Source of the DNA: Thermoproteota archaeon
GTDB lineage: Archaea; Thermoproteota; Thermoprotei; Gearchaeales; Gearchaeaceae
DNA length: 64,000 nt
NCBI GenBank assembly: GCA_032249235.1
Contig: JAVVGF010000004.1
Location: forward strand, 135,316 to 199,315
Direction: 5' to 3'
Positions 49,123 through 59,632 of the stretch are shown piece by piece. The notes below the pieces were generated by a model. The model did no database searches. It had not been told where the DNA came from and saw nothing but the letters and a program-made list of their open reading frames with translations. How positions within the stretch are numbered: position 1 is the first letter of the stretch; each line of letters opens with the position of its first letter. The position numbers and the translations under genes were made by a program.

Positions 49123-51615
49123 GTGGGGTTTTCAGTTCTTCAAACGATTCAAGATTTAATAAACAAAGGATGTTTTCTAGAAGCATTAAAATTGATTGAA
49201 GAAATTAAGAATGTTCAAGGTTTTTTAGAAAATTTTTTAATTCATTCCCAAAAAATAACCGCACTTCTTGGATTAGCTCGTTATCATGAAGCTCTTGAGG
49301 TTGCAAAAGAATTACTTGAATTTATCGACAAAGCTATTACATCGGCAGAACAAGTAAATGTTATAAACGAATACAAACTCTCTGCTATGCAAATGCTTAG
49401 CACCATTTATTCTATGCTTGGTAACCATGAAGAAGCGTTGAATATTTTAAAAAATATAGCTAGTTATCCTAATCTGAATACTCTTCAAGAGTTTCAAATA
49501 AAAATAGCTCTAGCGATGGAATATGCTAGTTTAGGCGATTTTCCCAAATCTATTGAGATTTTACAAAAAGAACTTTCAAAGATACAAGATAAAACATTTC
49601 AAATTGAATTTTTATTAGCTTTAGGTGATGTTTATCATTATTTTATCCAAGATTTAAAAAAATCAAGAGAGTTTTATTATAAAGCTTACAATTTATCATT
49701 GAATGCTGATGATGAGATAAAGAGAAAAGCTTTTGAGAGGTATGTTGATCTCTTATTAGATTTAGGAGATAAAGAACAAGCTAAAGATTTTCTAAATGAG
49801 CTATTACAAGAGTCTATTTCAGAATTGGAAAAGGCAAAACTTCTGGAAAACCTAGCTATTGCAGATAATGCGAATGCAAGAACATATCTAGAAAGCGCCT
49901 TAGAGATTTATAGAAAATTAGGTCTTAGACGCGAGGAAGCAAATGTGTTATTCGAGTTATCAAATGTTGAAGAAAACATAGAAAAATCAATTGAATTGTT
50001 AAAGCAAGCTATTTCTATAGTCGAATCCTCGGGAATGAAACAATTTAGTTTTCTGTATCGAAATGGATTAGCTTATAAGCTTTACGTAGCGAAAAAATAT
50101 GATGAAGCTAAATCAATTCTAAATAAACTCATAGTAGAAAAAGAGATTTCCAAATTTTTACTCGCTTATTGCTATGTAGGTTTGGCTACAATAAATAAAG
50201 AAGAAGGTAACTACGATAATGCTTTGGATATGTTATACAAAGCAGAGCAAATTCTGGATGAAACGAGGTATGAATTAACTTGGGAAAATCGTATTGATTT
50301 CAGCAACACTTACTCAACAGTTAAGAGAGAAGCTGTTAGCTTTTTATTGAAGACTGATATTAAGCTTGCTCTAAGGAAGTCTGAAGAAGCAAAAGCGAGA
50401 TCGCTAGTTGAATTGGTTTCTCTACATAAAATTCCAAAACCTAGTAATGAAGAAATTTTCGATATAGAACAAAAACTAACTGCAGAATTGAATGCTGCGA
50501 TGAAAAGCAGTAGTCCATATATTAAAGAAATATACAAAAGACTTGAGACAATATGGTCTTCATTAGAAACTAATCCTAAATATAAAGAATATTTAAGTTT
50601 AAGAAAAGGATACATCATAGATATCAATGAAGTATGTAATTTTATTGATGATGAGACTGCAATAGTTGATTATCTTATTCTTCCTGATCAATTGTTAGTT
50701 TTTATTATTAGTAAAAAGGATCTAGATATTGTAAAGGTATCTAAAAATAAAAGTGCTATTTATGGTTTATTTATAAAGTTTAAAGAATTTGAGAAGATTA
50801 AAGATGTTTACATTAACGAAAAATTAATAAAAGAAGCAAGCAATATATTGATATCTCCTATTGAAGAGAAAATAAAGAAATATAAACATCTTTGCATTTC
50901 ACCGGATTTAGTGCTTTATTATGTACCTTTTCATGCTCTTTATTTTGAAGGGGAAGAACTTATAGAGAGCAAAACTCTTTCATATATTCCTAATCTAACC
51001 CTCTTGAAATATTGTAGTGAAAGAGAATCGAAAGGAGATTGTCTTGTAATTGGTGGTTCTCCGACTAATGACTTAATATATGCTGTACAGGAATCGAAAG
51101 AAATAGCTGAATTACTTAAAACTGAAGTGAGGAGTTATACTAAGAAAGAGATTATCGAAAAGATGAAGAGCAGCAAGGTTATTTCATTCTCTTGTCATGC
51201 TTGTTATTCTCCTAGGGATTATGGTCTAGGTTCTTACATTATTCTACCTAATGGAGAATATCTAACTTCTAAAGAAATATTGGAAACAAGACTCAATTCA
51301 GAATTAGTAACGTTAAGCGCATGCGAAACAGCGAAGCTGAGCTATTTTGAAGGAGGAGATATTTTTGGCTTGCTCAGCTCCTTTTTATGTGCAGGTGCAA
51401 AGAGTATTGTAGCAAGTTTATGGAAGCTTAACGATCATGCTGCTTATTTAACTATGAAAGAATTTTATACTCGTCTAACTCAAGGTTCAAGTAAAGCGGA
51501 AGCCTTAAGATCAGCTCAACTTATTACAAAAAGAGAATATCCAAATCCATACCATTGGTCTCCTTTAGTCCTCGTGGGCGAATATTCATCAATTCTCGAT
51601 ATTAACAGAAAATAG
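49123..51615 (+). CDS. TPR repeat + CHAT (caspase-like) protease
   Basis: About 400 aa of TPR-like helices; EEAKARSL, PFHAL, His motif SFSCHA, Cys motif LSACET, SLWKLND, AEALRSAQ, PYHWSPLVLVG. Confidence 0.9.
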   Translation: MGFSVLQTIQDLINKGCFLEALKLIEEIKNVQGFLENFLIHSQKITALLGLARYHEALEVAKELLEFIDKAITSAEQVNVINEYKLSAMQMLSTIYSMLGNHEEALNILKNIASYPNLNTLQEFQIKIALAMEYASLGDFPKSIEILQKELSKIQDKTFQIEFLLALGDVYHYFIQDLKKSREFYYKAYNLSLNADDEIKRKAFERYVDLLLDLGDKEQAKDFLNELLQESISELEKAKLLENLAIADNANARTYLESALEIYRKLGLRREEANVLFELSNVEENIEKSIELLKQAISIVESSGMKQFSFLYRNGLAYKLYVAKKYDEAKSILNKLIVEKEISKFLLAYCYVGLATINKEEGNYDNALDMLYKAEQILDETRYELTWENRIDFSNTYSTVKREAVSFLLKTDIKLALRKSEEAKARSLVELVSLHKIPKPSNEEIFDIEQKLTAELNAAMKSSSPYIKEIYKRLETIWSSLETNPKYKEYLSLRKGYIIDINEVCNFIDDETAIVDYLILPDQLLVFIISKKDLDIVKVSKNKSAIYGLFIKFKEFEKIKDVYINEKLIKEASNILISPIEEKIKKYKHLCISPDLVLYYVPFHALYFEGEELIESKTLSYIPNLTLLKYCSERESKGDCLVIGGSPTNDLIYAVQESKEIAELLKTEVRSYTKKEIIEKMKSSKVISFSCHACYSPRDYGLGSYIILPNGEYLTSKEILETRLNSELVTLSACETAKLSYFEGGDIFGLLSSFLCAGAKSIVASLWKLNDHAAYLTMKEFYTRLTQGSSKAEALRSAQLITKREYPNPYHWSPLVLVGEYSSILDINRK

Positions 51616-52107
51616 CCCATAAGCTATACTAAATTTAAATTTAATCTTCAAATTTTTCATCACTTCTTTTACTATATTTTTAACTTCCATTTCCTTCTTT
51701 TCTTTTAGATATTGTTTTAATGCTTTGTTATATTCTTTTCTTAGAATTAATTGATATAAATTGCGCAAAATCTCTTTTAAAAAGTCTATATTATTTATTA
51801 CTCTTATATCAGTGATTTTAATTAAAAACGAATTAACATTGGGCTTGTTATCATCTGTGAGGATCAATGCAGGCATTTTATCAAGTTGAATATCCATAGA
51901 AAGTTTTTCATAAGAAGGATCGCCTATATCCCATGTTGCAACGTATAAGTTTTTACCTAAATTTTCTCCCCACCTAGCTAAAGTATCAATAAGATTTTTT
52001 TCAAACTCATAATCAAACCCACTTGGAATATAAACACAATAAACAGGGTAACCTTCTGGTAACTGTTTTACTTTAGGCTCAAATTCTCTAGTACTTTCTT
52101 CGCTCAT
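51589..52107 (-). CDS. Hypothetical protein convergent with TPR-CHAT
   Basis: 172-aa ORF with a 27-bp 3' overlap with the CHAT gene; possible thioredoxin-like alpha/beta core (MPALILTD) and an amphipathic C-terminal beta segment. Confidence 0.65.
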   Translation of the reverse strand: MSEESTREFEPKVKQLPEGYPVYCVYIPSGFDYEFEKNLIDTLARWGENLGKNLYVATWDIGDPSYEKLSMDIQLDKMPALILTDDNKPNVNSFLIKITDIRVINNIDFLKEILRNLYQLILRKEYNKALKQYLKEKKEMEVKNIVKEVMKNLKIKFKFSIAYGLFSVNIEN

Positions 52108-52551
52108 AAAAATAAATATCTCTAAAGTATATAAATTTGAATTTAAAGAAATTTTTGCAAGACTTATTCCTTCAATATTTTTGCTAAATCATTTAAACAA
52201 GTCCAAAATTCTTTTTCATATTAAATTATACGTATTTAATTATTCTTATTCTAGCTACTACAATTATTACAATAATAAAAAAGAAAATCGTAATGTCCTT
52301 TTGAGTACTAGAGTTGTTGGTGAGTATTCTTGTTGAATTTGAGCTTTCTTTGAAGCAGTATTGCTTATCAACATATGGTCGAATAATTTCTTTCAATAAA
52401 ACAAATATATAAATAGGAAGTCAAGAGTGGTAAACTTAGCAAAATACTAACAACAAATTGTTGAATTTCTGATAGGTGAAAACTACTTTAATCGATTATT
52501 AGGTTTAGTTAAATTTATTAATTTCATAATCATACACAATAATAAGGTGAT

Positions 52552-53359
52552 ATGATTCCGTAATAAAAAAATTGGAATCATAGGAGCTGGAAGAATAGGA
52601 AGGGCTATAATCAAAGGTTTGATAAATTCTGGAATCGATCCAAGCATTATTGTAGCGTCTACTAAGACAAGAGAATCAGCTAGAGAAGTTAAAGAAATGA
52701 AGGTGAATGTGACTTTTGATAACTTTGCTTTAATAAATCAAGCCGATATAATAATTGCTTTAAAACCGTTTGTGGTTTTAGAAAATGCTGAACTATTGAA
52801 AAACATACCACATGAAAAAGTTCTTGTATCAATAGCAGCATTTGTACCTTTGAGTTTTTATAAAAAGATTGCTAACGGTAATGAAGTCTATAGAGCTATG
52901 CCAAACGTTAACGTTGAAATAAATAAGGGGTTTACTGCTCTTTGCGGAGAAAAAAGTGAAAGTTCAAATATCGTCGAAGAATTATTCAGCTTACTTGGAG
53001 AAATTGAATGGGTAAGCGAGGAAGTATTGGATAAGCTAACGTTGATGTCTGCTTCATCACCTGCATTAGTTGCTGAATTAATCGATGCTTTAGAAATTGC
53101 TGCAATGTATATGGGAATACCTCAAAATATAGCAAGAAAAGCAATATTGAATGTTTTTATAGGTACAGCTGAATTGGCTAGTAAGAAAGATTTACTAAGT
53201 ATAAGGAATTCAATCATAACCCCAAAGGGAATAACTTCACAGCTCATGCGAAGGTATATTAATGCTAATGTAAAATCGTCAATAATAGAGACATTTATTC
53301 AAGCTTCTGAAGATCTTGAACAAATAATAGCAAAGCTAAGATTAGATTATAAAATATAA
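52552..53359 (+). pseudogene. proC: Pyrroline-5-carboxylate reductase with a frameshift just after the start codon
   Basis: AGGTGA then ATG ATT CCG TAA. Removing one C gives MIRNKKIGIIGAGRIG, in frame with RAMPN and TPKGIT. Could be a sequencing error. Confidence 0.75.
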
Positions 53360-53368
53360 AAATTAAAA

Positions 53369-53890
53369 TTAAATCAAATTTAATTTTTCTAATTCATTTA
53401 AAGACTTTATTTCAAAATCAGGTTTATCTGCAAGCAGATCTGCAGGCAAATTGTATCTGTTTAAATAAATAGCCTTCATTCCAGCATTCTTTGCTCCTGA
53501 GACGTCAAACGGATTAGAAGAGACAAGATATGCTATTTCTCCTTTAACTTTGTTCATAAAGGTTTTATATACTTTTGGAGAAGGTTTATAAACTTTAATT
53601 TCCTCTATAGTGAAAATTCCTTCAAAATACTGCAATAAATTAGTATTCTTTAAGAGTTTGCTAACACTTAATAAGGTACCGTTAGTAAGCGCATAAATTT
53701 TGTATTTATTATGAAGGATTTTCAAATATTCCACATCATCAAAGGGTTTAAGCTTTGTCCATTCTTCAAGCAATTCTTCCTTAAACTCAAATCCATACTT
53801 CAAACTTAAATATTTCAAAGCTAGCGCTGTTATTTCATCAAAGCTAAACCATTTCTCCATAAAGTTACTCTCCAAGTATAAATCTTATTA
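53369..53890 (-). pseudogene. Haloacid dehalogenase type II, 5'-truncated
   Basis: LTNG, YKPSPKVY and SSNPFDVSGAKNAG are present; the N-terminal DxxGT motif is absent; YTW segment is in another frame. Confidence 0.7.
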
Positions 53891-53991
53891 TTTAAATATG
53901 ACAGCGTTTTTCGTGAATATTTTAGAGTATCCATCTATTAAGTTAATAATACAGAAGCTTCATAGATTGCTGAGAATTTGTTGTAAGACAA

Positions 53992-54627
53992 TCAAAATAT
54001 TCTAACACCAAAAAATCTCTCTAGTATTATTGCTGTAGCTATATAGTAGAGAAATAAACCTAAAGTTATGTTTAATGCTTTGAAACCTTTTTCTTTAAAA
54101 ATCTTTAATGAAGCTGCAGTTGCTCCTGCAACTGATGTGAGCCAAACATAATCTAGCCAAATATGTGAAAAATACATAACAAAAAAAGAAAGAGGAAATG
54201 GGTAGGATATGACTAAACTTATTATAGGAAATCCTACTGTAGCCCACCAAATCAAGAAAAAAGGATTTAGGCCTGTGAAAATAAGACCTGTTATAAAAGG
54301 ATTTTGGATTTTGATAATACTTTTAACTTCATTTCCTTTTATGGCATCTCTTATCATTGAAGTTGCGAAGAATATTATGAAAAATACTAAAAAAGAAGTA
54401 AAAGAAATATTGATATAAAAATTGTTTAAAATAGAATAAATGTTTGTATATAGAATACATAAGAGAAATACAAAAGGCATTTCAAAAGTCATATGACCAA
54501 GCGCTGAAGCTATACCAGCCTTATAACCTTTCCTCGCACCTAAAGCGGCGGTTGAAACTGTTAAAGGCCCTGGAGATAAAGCACCGCTTAGTGAAATGAG
54601 CACTGTAAGTAATACTAAATCTATCAT
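53992..54627 (-). CDS. LysE family transporter
   Basis: SGALSPGPL, LNPFFLIWW. Confidence 0.88.
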   Translation of the reverse strand: MIDLVLLTVLISLSGALSPGPLTVSTAALGARKGYKAGIASALGHMTFEMPFVFLLCILYTNIYSILNNFYINISFTSFLVFFIIFFATSMIRDAIKGNEVKSIIKIQNPFITGLIFTGLNPFFLIWWATVGFPIISLVISYPFPLSFFVMYFSHIWLDYVWLTSVAGATAASLKIFKEKGFKALNITLGLFLYYIATAIILERFFGVRIF

Positions 54628-54852
54628 TTATTCTAATATTGCTAGATATACTAAAAATATTTTAGCACGAATCCATCTTAATAATTAGTTCCTTTTTAAA
54701 AGTATTACTTAAGTTATTAAGTGAAGAATGAATATATGAAGTAACTTTTTGTTTAGTTTTTATCTCTTATTTAACTAAGTTTGTTTATATTGAGAATTCA
54801 AGCAAGAAAAATTAATGTTGCAAATTTCTTAACTAGAAGTTTGAGGACTTAA

Positions 54853-55215
54853 TTAAACGACTATTATTTTATGCTTCCAAGCCAATGCAAGAATACCACC
54901 TATAATAGATAACAATATACCGCCTACCAAACCTAGAAAATAACCATACTCATATCTCTCATATCTATCAGTGATTGTAAACAGCGAAAACATTGCAGAA
55001 ATTAAAACAACTAAACCACCTATTCTTATGTTTTGAATACGATCTGTATACATTAAAATAGCACCAATTATCACCAACATTCCTAACATCATAAAACCAA
55101 TATTTAGTATGATGATACCTATCCCTTTATGGAGTAGTAACCATCTTCCTATTACCATGAAAATCCCTCCTAAAAGGGATAAAATAAAAGCTACAAAAGG
55201 TTTTTCTTCTGGCAT
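54853..55215 (-). CDS. Small four-TM membrane protein
   Basis: AFILSLLGGI...IIGGILAL; hydrophobic. Confidence 0.7.
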   Translation of the reverse strand: MPEEKPFVAFILSLLGGIFMVIGRWLLLHKGIGIIILNIGFMMLGMLVIIGAILMYTDRIQNIRIGGLVVLISAMFSLFTITDRYERYEYGYFLGLVGGILLSIIGGILALAWKHKIIVV

Positions 55216-55306
55216 TTTCCAGATAGATATTATATTTGGTCTATTTAAACTTTACTAAAATAATAGAATTAAATATAAGTCGCGTATAAATAATCTTAAA
55301 TGAAAG

Positions 55307-56443
55307 TTATTTATCGATTTTCAACATATAATATTTTACTTTTCTAAGACCTTTATCCTTTATGATTATCTTTACCTCTCCTCTTAGCTCCATATTTTTA
55401 AGAGCTTTATATATTCCTCTTAGGGAATAATAAGGAAGTTCGCTCCAAATTTGGTATGCTGTCAGGGGGCCTTTCTCTTTTAAAATTTTCATCACATGAT
55501 TTGAGAGTGTATCTTTTTTCATACGAAACGCCGTACTAGTTTTAAATCCCATTGTTATCACTGCTACGGAATTCTTTAAATTTTCAGCGACGATATAACT
55601 CATTGCTGACAGAGGTTTTGTTTTAATTCCATTCTCAAATAGTTTGACAAATGATTCGATGATTTCTTCGTTATCTACTTTAATGACCTCTATATCTTTA
55701 AGACCAGTGATAATATTTGGCTGAGATTTCTCCCGAGACATTACAGCGATTATTTTATAAGGAACATCTAAGCCAGCCTCACGTAATTCTTTTAAACCTT
55801 TATATAATGAGTATGCTAAGATTCCTGTCTCTGTAGGTACTATAATATTTTCTATATTAGCATTTTTTTCATATATTTCAAATAATATAGTTTTTAAACC
55901 TTCTATAGTGAGAGGATTCATATATTCAAAAATATTTATATTATTCTTAACGTAAGATATGGATTTTATATTAATTTTCATACTTAAAAATTTAGTGAGT
56001 TCATTAGGATCCATTTTCACAACATCATCTACAAATATTTCTATAAATATATCGCTAAGATAGTATGTTAATGATGATGTAAAATCTTCAGAATATATTA
56101 TACCGATTTTTCTAATATTATTCTCATTTACGTAAGAAGCTATTAATGCTGAAGATCTATCTACATAAGATCCAGTCGGATTATATTTCTCGTTTTTTAT
56201 ATATACGTTGTTTTCTTTATCAATTTTAACTAAGGGTGTTAAACCCTCACCCTTAGAGATTATAGTACTGAAGTTTGGTAAAAGAGAATCATACCTCCAT
56301 ATTCCCTGCTTCGTTTTGTCTATCTCGAATTTTATAGACGAATATTCTACTATTATTAGGCCATTACAATAAGGGCATCTATTAAAAAATTTATCAAAAA
56401 TTCTTTTGCATGAAATACATTTATAGTGATAATTTTTATTCAC
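55307..56443 (-). CDS. Degenerate threonine synthase-like fold (Zn ribbon + PLP fold II) with C-terminal wHTH
   Basis: CxxC..CxxC, GEGLTPL, NPTGSYVDR (Schiff-base Lys replaced by Val), C-terminal ILKEKGPLTAYQIW...IYKALKNME..G.V...VKYY. Confidence 0.75.
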   Translation of the reverse strand: MNKNYHYKCISCKRIFDKFFNRCPYCNGLIIVEYSSIKFEIDKTKQGIWRYDSLLPNFSTIISKGEGLTPLVKIDKENNVYIKNEKYNPTGSYVDRSSALIASYVNENNIRKIGIIYSEDFTSSLTYYLSDIFIEIFVDDVVKMDPNELTKFLSMKINIKSISYVKNNINIFEYMNPLTIEGLKTILFEIYEKNANIENIIVPTETGILAYSLYKGLKELREAGLDVPYKIIAVMSREKSQPNIITGLKDIEVIKVDNEEIIESFVKLFENGIKTKPLSAMSYIVAENLKNSVAVITMGFKTSTAFRMKKDTLSNHVMKILKEKGPLTAYQIWSELPYYSLRGIYKALKNMELRGEVKIIIKDKGLRKVKYYMLKIDK

Positions 56444-56454
56444 ATTCCTAAGGA

Positions 56455-57057
56455 TTATTTCTTAATCAGGGTAATAATATATTGATATAATATCTTCTCT
56501 CCTGTGATTTCTGGATGAAAAGTAGCAGCAATAAGGTTATCTTGTATTGCTAAAATTCCTATCTTTCCTGTAGCAGGATGATCTATATATCCTATGATCT
56601 CTGCAGGCGGCTGAGCATCTATTATACCAGGTGCTCTTATAAAAGCGGCCTTTAATTTTCCGATTTTAGTTTCTACGTTTATGATAAAGGAATCTTTTTG
56701 TCTTCCAAAAACATTTCTGAGAACAGTAATTTTCATAAGCTCTAAAGTTCTTTGGTTTGTCTCCCCAACGACTTTATCGCTAACTTTTTTGGCAAGTAAT
56801 ATTGCTCCTGCACAAGTTCCTAAGATAGGTTTCCCTTCTCTTGCAAAATTTCTAATAGGTTCATCAAGTTTTTTATAGAAAATCATATCTCCTATCGTGG
56901 TCGATTCGCCTCCAGGTATTATAAGTGCGTCGATATCTAAAAGATCTTCCGATTTCTTTACTATTACTGGTTTTACATTCTCTATTTCTTTTAGCAACTG
57001 TATATGTTCTAGAAAATCCCCTTGTAAACTTAATACTCCTATTTTATAAATTGTCAT
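56455..57057 (-). CDS. pdxT: PLP synthase glutaminase subunit
   Basis: [30 protein letters not shown]. Confidence 0.96.
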   Translation of the reverse strand: MTIYKIGVLSLQGDFLEHIQLLKEIENVKPVIVKKSEDLLDIDALIIPGGESTTIGDMIFYKKLDEPIRNFAREGKPILGTCAGAILLAKKVSDKVVGETNQRTLELMKITVLRNVFGRQKDSFIINVETKIGKLKAAFIRAPGIIDAQPPAEIIGYIDHPATGKIGILAIQDNLIAATFHPEITGEKILYQYIITLIKK

Positions 57058-58070
57058 CTACCTCTAACTTGCATTAATTGTTCAGGCTTTAAGGTTCTTA
57101 TATCAATACCTTGCATAGAAGCTTTCTCAGAAACCATTTTTTGTGCTTCTACAACTGTTTCTGGATCATCATAATAAGAAGTTGCTAGTACTATGGCTCT
57201 CGCTCTAGCTGCAGGATCAGAACTTTTAAATATCCCTGAACCTACGAAAATGCCATCAGCACCAAGCCACATCATCAATGCAGCGTCAGCAGGTGTTGCA
57301 ATTCCTCCTGCTGCAAAATTTACCACTGGTATTCTACCGATTTTTCCTGTTAGTAGAGCGAGTTCATATGGTACTTTATTTTCTTTTGAATAGATCCAGA
57401 TAGATTCAAGATCATTATTAAGGTAATAACTTCTTAAAGTAGAAACACTTCTGTTCACAATCTTTATATGTTTTACAGCTTCAGCAACATTACCTGTTCC
57501 TGGCTCTCCTTTAGTTCTTATCATAGATGCTCCTTCAAATATTCTTCGAAGAGCTTCAGGAAGATTACGTGCACCATTTACAAAAGGAGTTTTAAATTTC
57601 CATTTATCTATATGAACTTTTTCATCTACCGGTGTAAGAACTTCGCTTTCGTCTATGAGATCAACCCCTATTTCTTCAAGAAGAACAGCTTCTTCGGTAT
57701 GTCCAATTCTGCACTTAGCGGAGACTGGAATAGTGATCGTATTCATAACTTTTTTAATAACATTCAGATCAGCTGTTCTAGCAACTCCACCAGCCATTCT
57801 TACATCATATGGAAGCTTGTCTAAAACCATCACACCTATAGCACCAGCATCTTCAGCTATTGCAGCTTGCTCTTCATTGGTCACATCCATTATGACGCCT
57901 CCTTTCAACATTGATATGAATCCATATTTAACTAGTGGTGTACCTGTTCTAATAGGTATTACTTCTAAACCACTCTCTTTTATGCGATCCCCATATTCTA
58001 AAAGCTCATAGATTAGATCTCTTAGTTTCTCTAAAAATATATATGAATCTATTAATTTCACAGTTACCAT
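57054..58070 (-). CDS. pdxS: PLP synthase lyase subunit
   Basis: [46 protein letters not shown]. Confidence 0.97.
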   Translation of the reverse strand: MVTVKLIDSYIFLEKLRDLIYELLEYGDRIKESGLEVIPIRTGTPLVKYGFISMLKGGVIMDVTNEEQAAIAEDAGAIGVMVLDKLPYDVRMAGGVARTADLNVIKKVMNTITIPVSAKCRIGHTEEAVLLEEIGVDLIDESEVLTPVDEKVHIDKWKFKTPFVNGARNLPEALRRIFEGASMIRTKGEPGTGNVAEAVKHIKIVNRSVSTLRSYYLNNDLESIWIYSKENKVPYELALLTGKIGRIPVVNFAAGGIATPADAALMMWLGADGIFVGSGIFKSSDPAARARAIVLATSYYDDPETVVEAQKMVSEKASMQGIDIRTLKPEQLMQVRGR

Positions 58071-58441
58071 ACAAAGTAGTTCCTTAAAATAAATTAATCT
58101 TTTGCTGAACGTTCATTAAAAAAATTCTTATTCATAAACGAATCAAAGCTAAGTATTTAATAAAAATTTGCCATAATGGTATGCATATAATGTTAACATT
58201 ATTAATTTTAATTTCATTTTCATAATTCAATGTAATAATTAAAAGTTCAGGATTATCACTTTTAAACAATTCATATGCCTTAATTAATGCTTTTATCTCT
58301 CTATCTCTTCTACTTTTCTTAATTTTAGAAAGAAATCTTCAATCAATCTTTTTTCCATAATTTTATCATAAGGGAAGAAATTTTTTAACTTTTTTCCATG
58401 CAAGACAATCTTTTACCCCTAAAACGCCGGTTAAAGATAAT

Positions 58442-59512
58442 TTATTGAATGTAACCTCTTCTAATTGCTTCAATGAGCAAAGGATCTGATATAAAGTATA
58501 AATCATCTTTTTTCTCTATGAATCCATAATACATGAGTTCTTTCAGATAATTTGATATTTGTTTATCGCTTGCATTACTTATAATTCTCAAGCTTCTTTT
58601 AACTTCGCTCCATCTTGAAGGTCTTGTTAAAGTTTTCATGATTTCTATGTATCTCCTTCTTGCTATTTGTCTTATGTTCAAAAACTGCTTGAACTCATCT
58701 GCTATTAATTTAGAGCCTTCATCGATCGATCTTTCTAAAGCATCATCATAGCCTCTTGTTCTTAGATAACCATAAAAGGTAAGCCATCCTATGATCCCAT
58801 CTAGGATAGAAACAGCTTTGTTTATTTCTTCTTCATCAACTTTTATTTTAGCTTGTTCAAATCCTGCCTTGAGAAAATCGATGGATTTCTCTTTAGAAAG
58901 TTTCTTCAAAGTTATTTCTGTAAACGCTCTTCCAAAAAGCGGGGCATTTGGATTTCCTTTCCCTAAAACCTTATCTAATAAGCCTACTTCTGATCCTGCA
59001 AGAACTAGCTTTATTCCTTTAACATAGTCGTAAATATGTGCTAAAATTTTACCAAATCCTTTTATATATCTTAGATCTTGGGCTTCATCTATTGCCAAAA
59101 CTATTTGCTTATGTTCTGCCCATTTACCTATTTCTTCAAGTATTTCTGCAATAACGTTAATCTTTCTTTCTTTAAACTCTAATTTTAAACCTGAAATTTC
59201 TAAACCTTTTATTTTTGATAGTATTTTGTTCATCGTTTTATCTTTAAGAAACTTACTGAGTTCTGTTGAGAAGTATTGATAAATACTATCAGGAGTAAAA
59301 GGAACGCCTAATCTTAGATCTATAAAAATATGCGGTAGGTTTGTTTCGTTTAGCACCACTCTCATCAGCGAAGATTTTCCTGTTCTCCTTAATCCCTTAA
59401 TGACTATCATTCTTGTGCTAGGTTCTAGCAATTCTTTTTTGAATGTTTCAATCTCGTTTTCCATGTCGAAGAAGTCTTCTTTTCGGGTTTTTACTTCGAG
59501 CGAAAAATACAT
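58442..59512 (-). CDS. Archaeal ATPase (ATPase_2 family) with C-terminal wHTH
   Basis: Likely start MYFSLEVK; GLRRTGKSS, IDEAQ, GSEVG, PLFGR, DGIIGW, ISDPL. Confidence 0.9.
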   Translation of the reverse strand: MYFSLEVKTRKEDFFDMENEIETFKKELLEPSTRMIVIKGLRRTGKSSLMRVVLNETNLPHIFIDLRLGVPFTPDSIYQYFSTELSKFLKDKTMNKILSKIKGLEISGLKLEFKERKINVIAEILEEIGKWAEHKQIVLAIDEAQDLRYIKGFGKILAHIYDYVKGIKLVLAGSEVGLLDKVLGKGNPNAPLFGRAFTEITLKKLSKEKSIDFLKAGFEQAKIKVDEEEINKAVSILDGIIGWLTFYGYLRTRGYDDALERSIDEGSKLIADEFKQFLNIRQIARRRYIEIMKTLTRPSRWSEVKRSLRIISNASDKQISNYLKELMYYGFIEKKDDLYFISDPLLIEAIRRGYIQ

Positions 59513-59551
59513 TACTTTCACCCCTTACTATTTACTTACACCCCCTACTAT
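59512..59551. repeat. 20-bp tandem imperfect repeat at the ATPase start
   Basis: TTACTTTCACCCCTTACTAT / TTACTTACACCCCCTACTAT, 18/20 identical. Confidence 0.75.
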
Positions 59552-59632
59552 TAAAATTTACTAAAGATTGTTCAATGAGTGTTATGCATTTTGCTTTTTC
59601 AAAAATATAGCTTGAAATCTGTATTAAAAATT

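Noticed and set aside
55307-56443. Functional threonine synthase (thrC)
   Set aside because: The PLP-binding Lys and the SSGN motif are missing.
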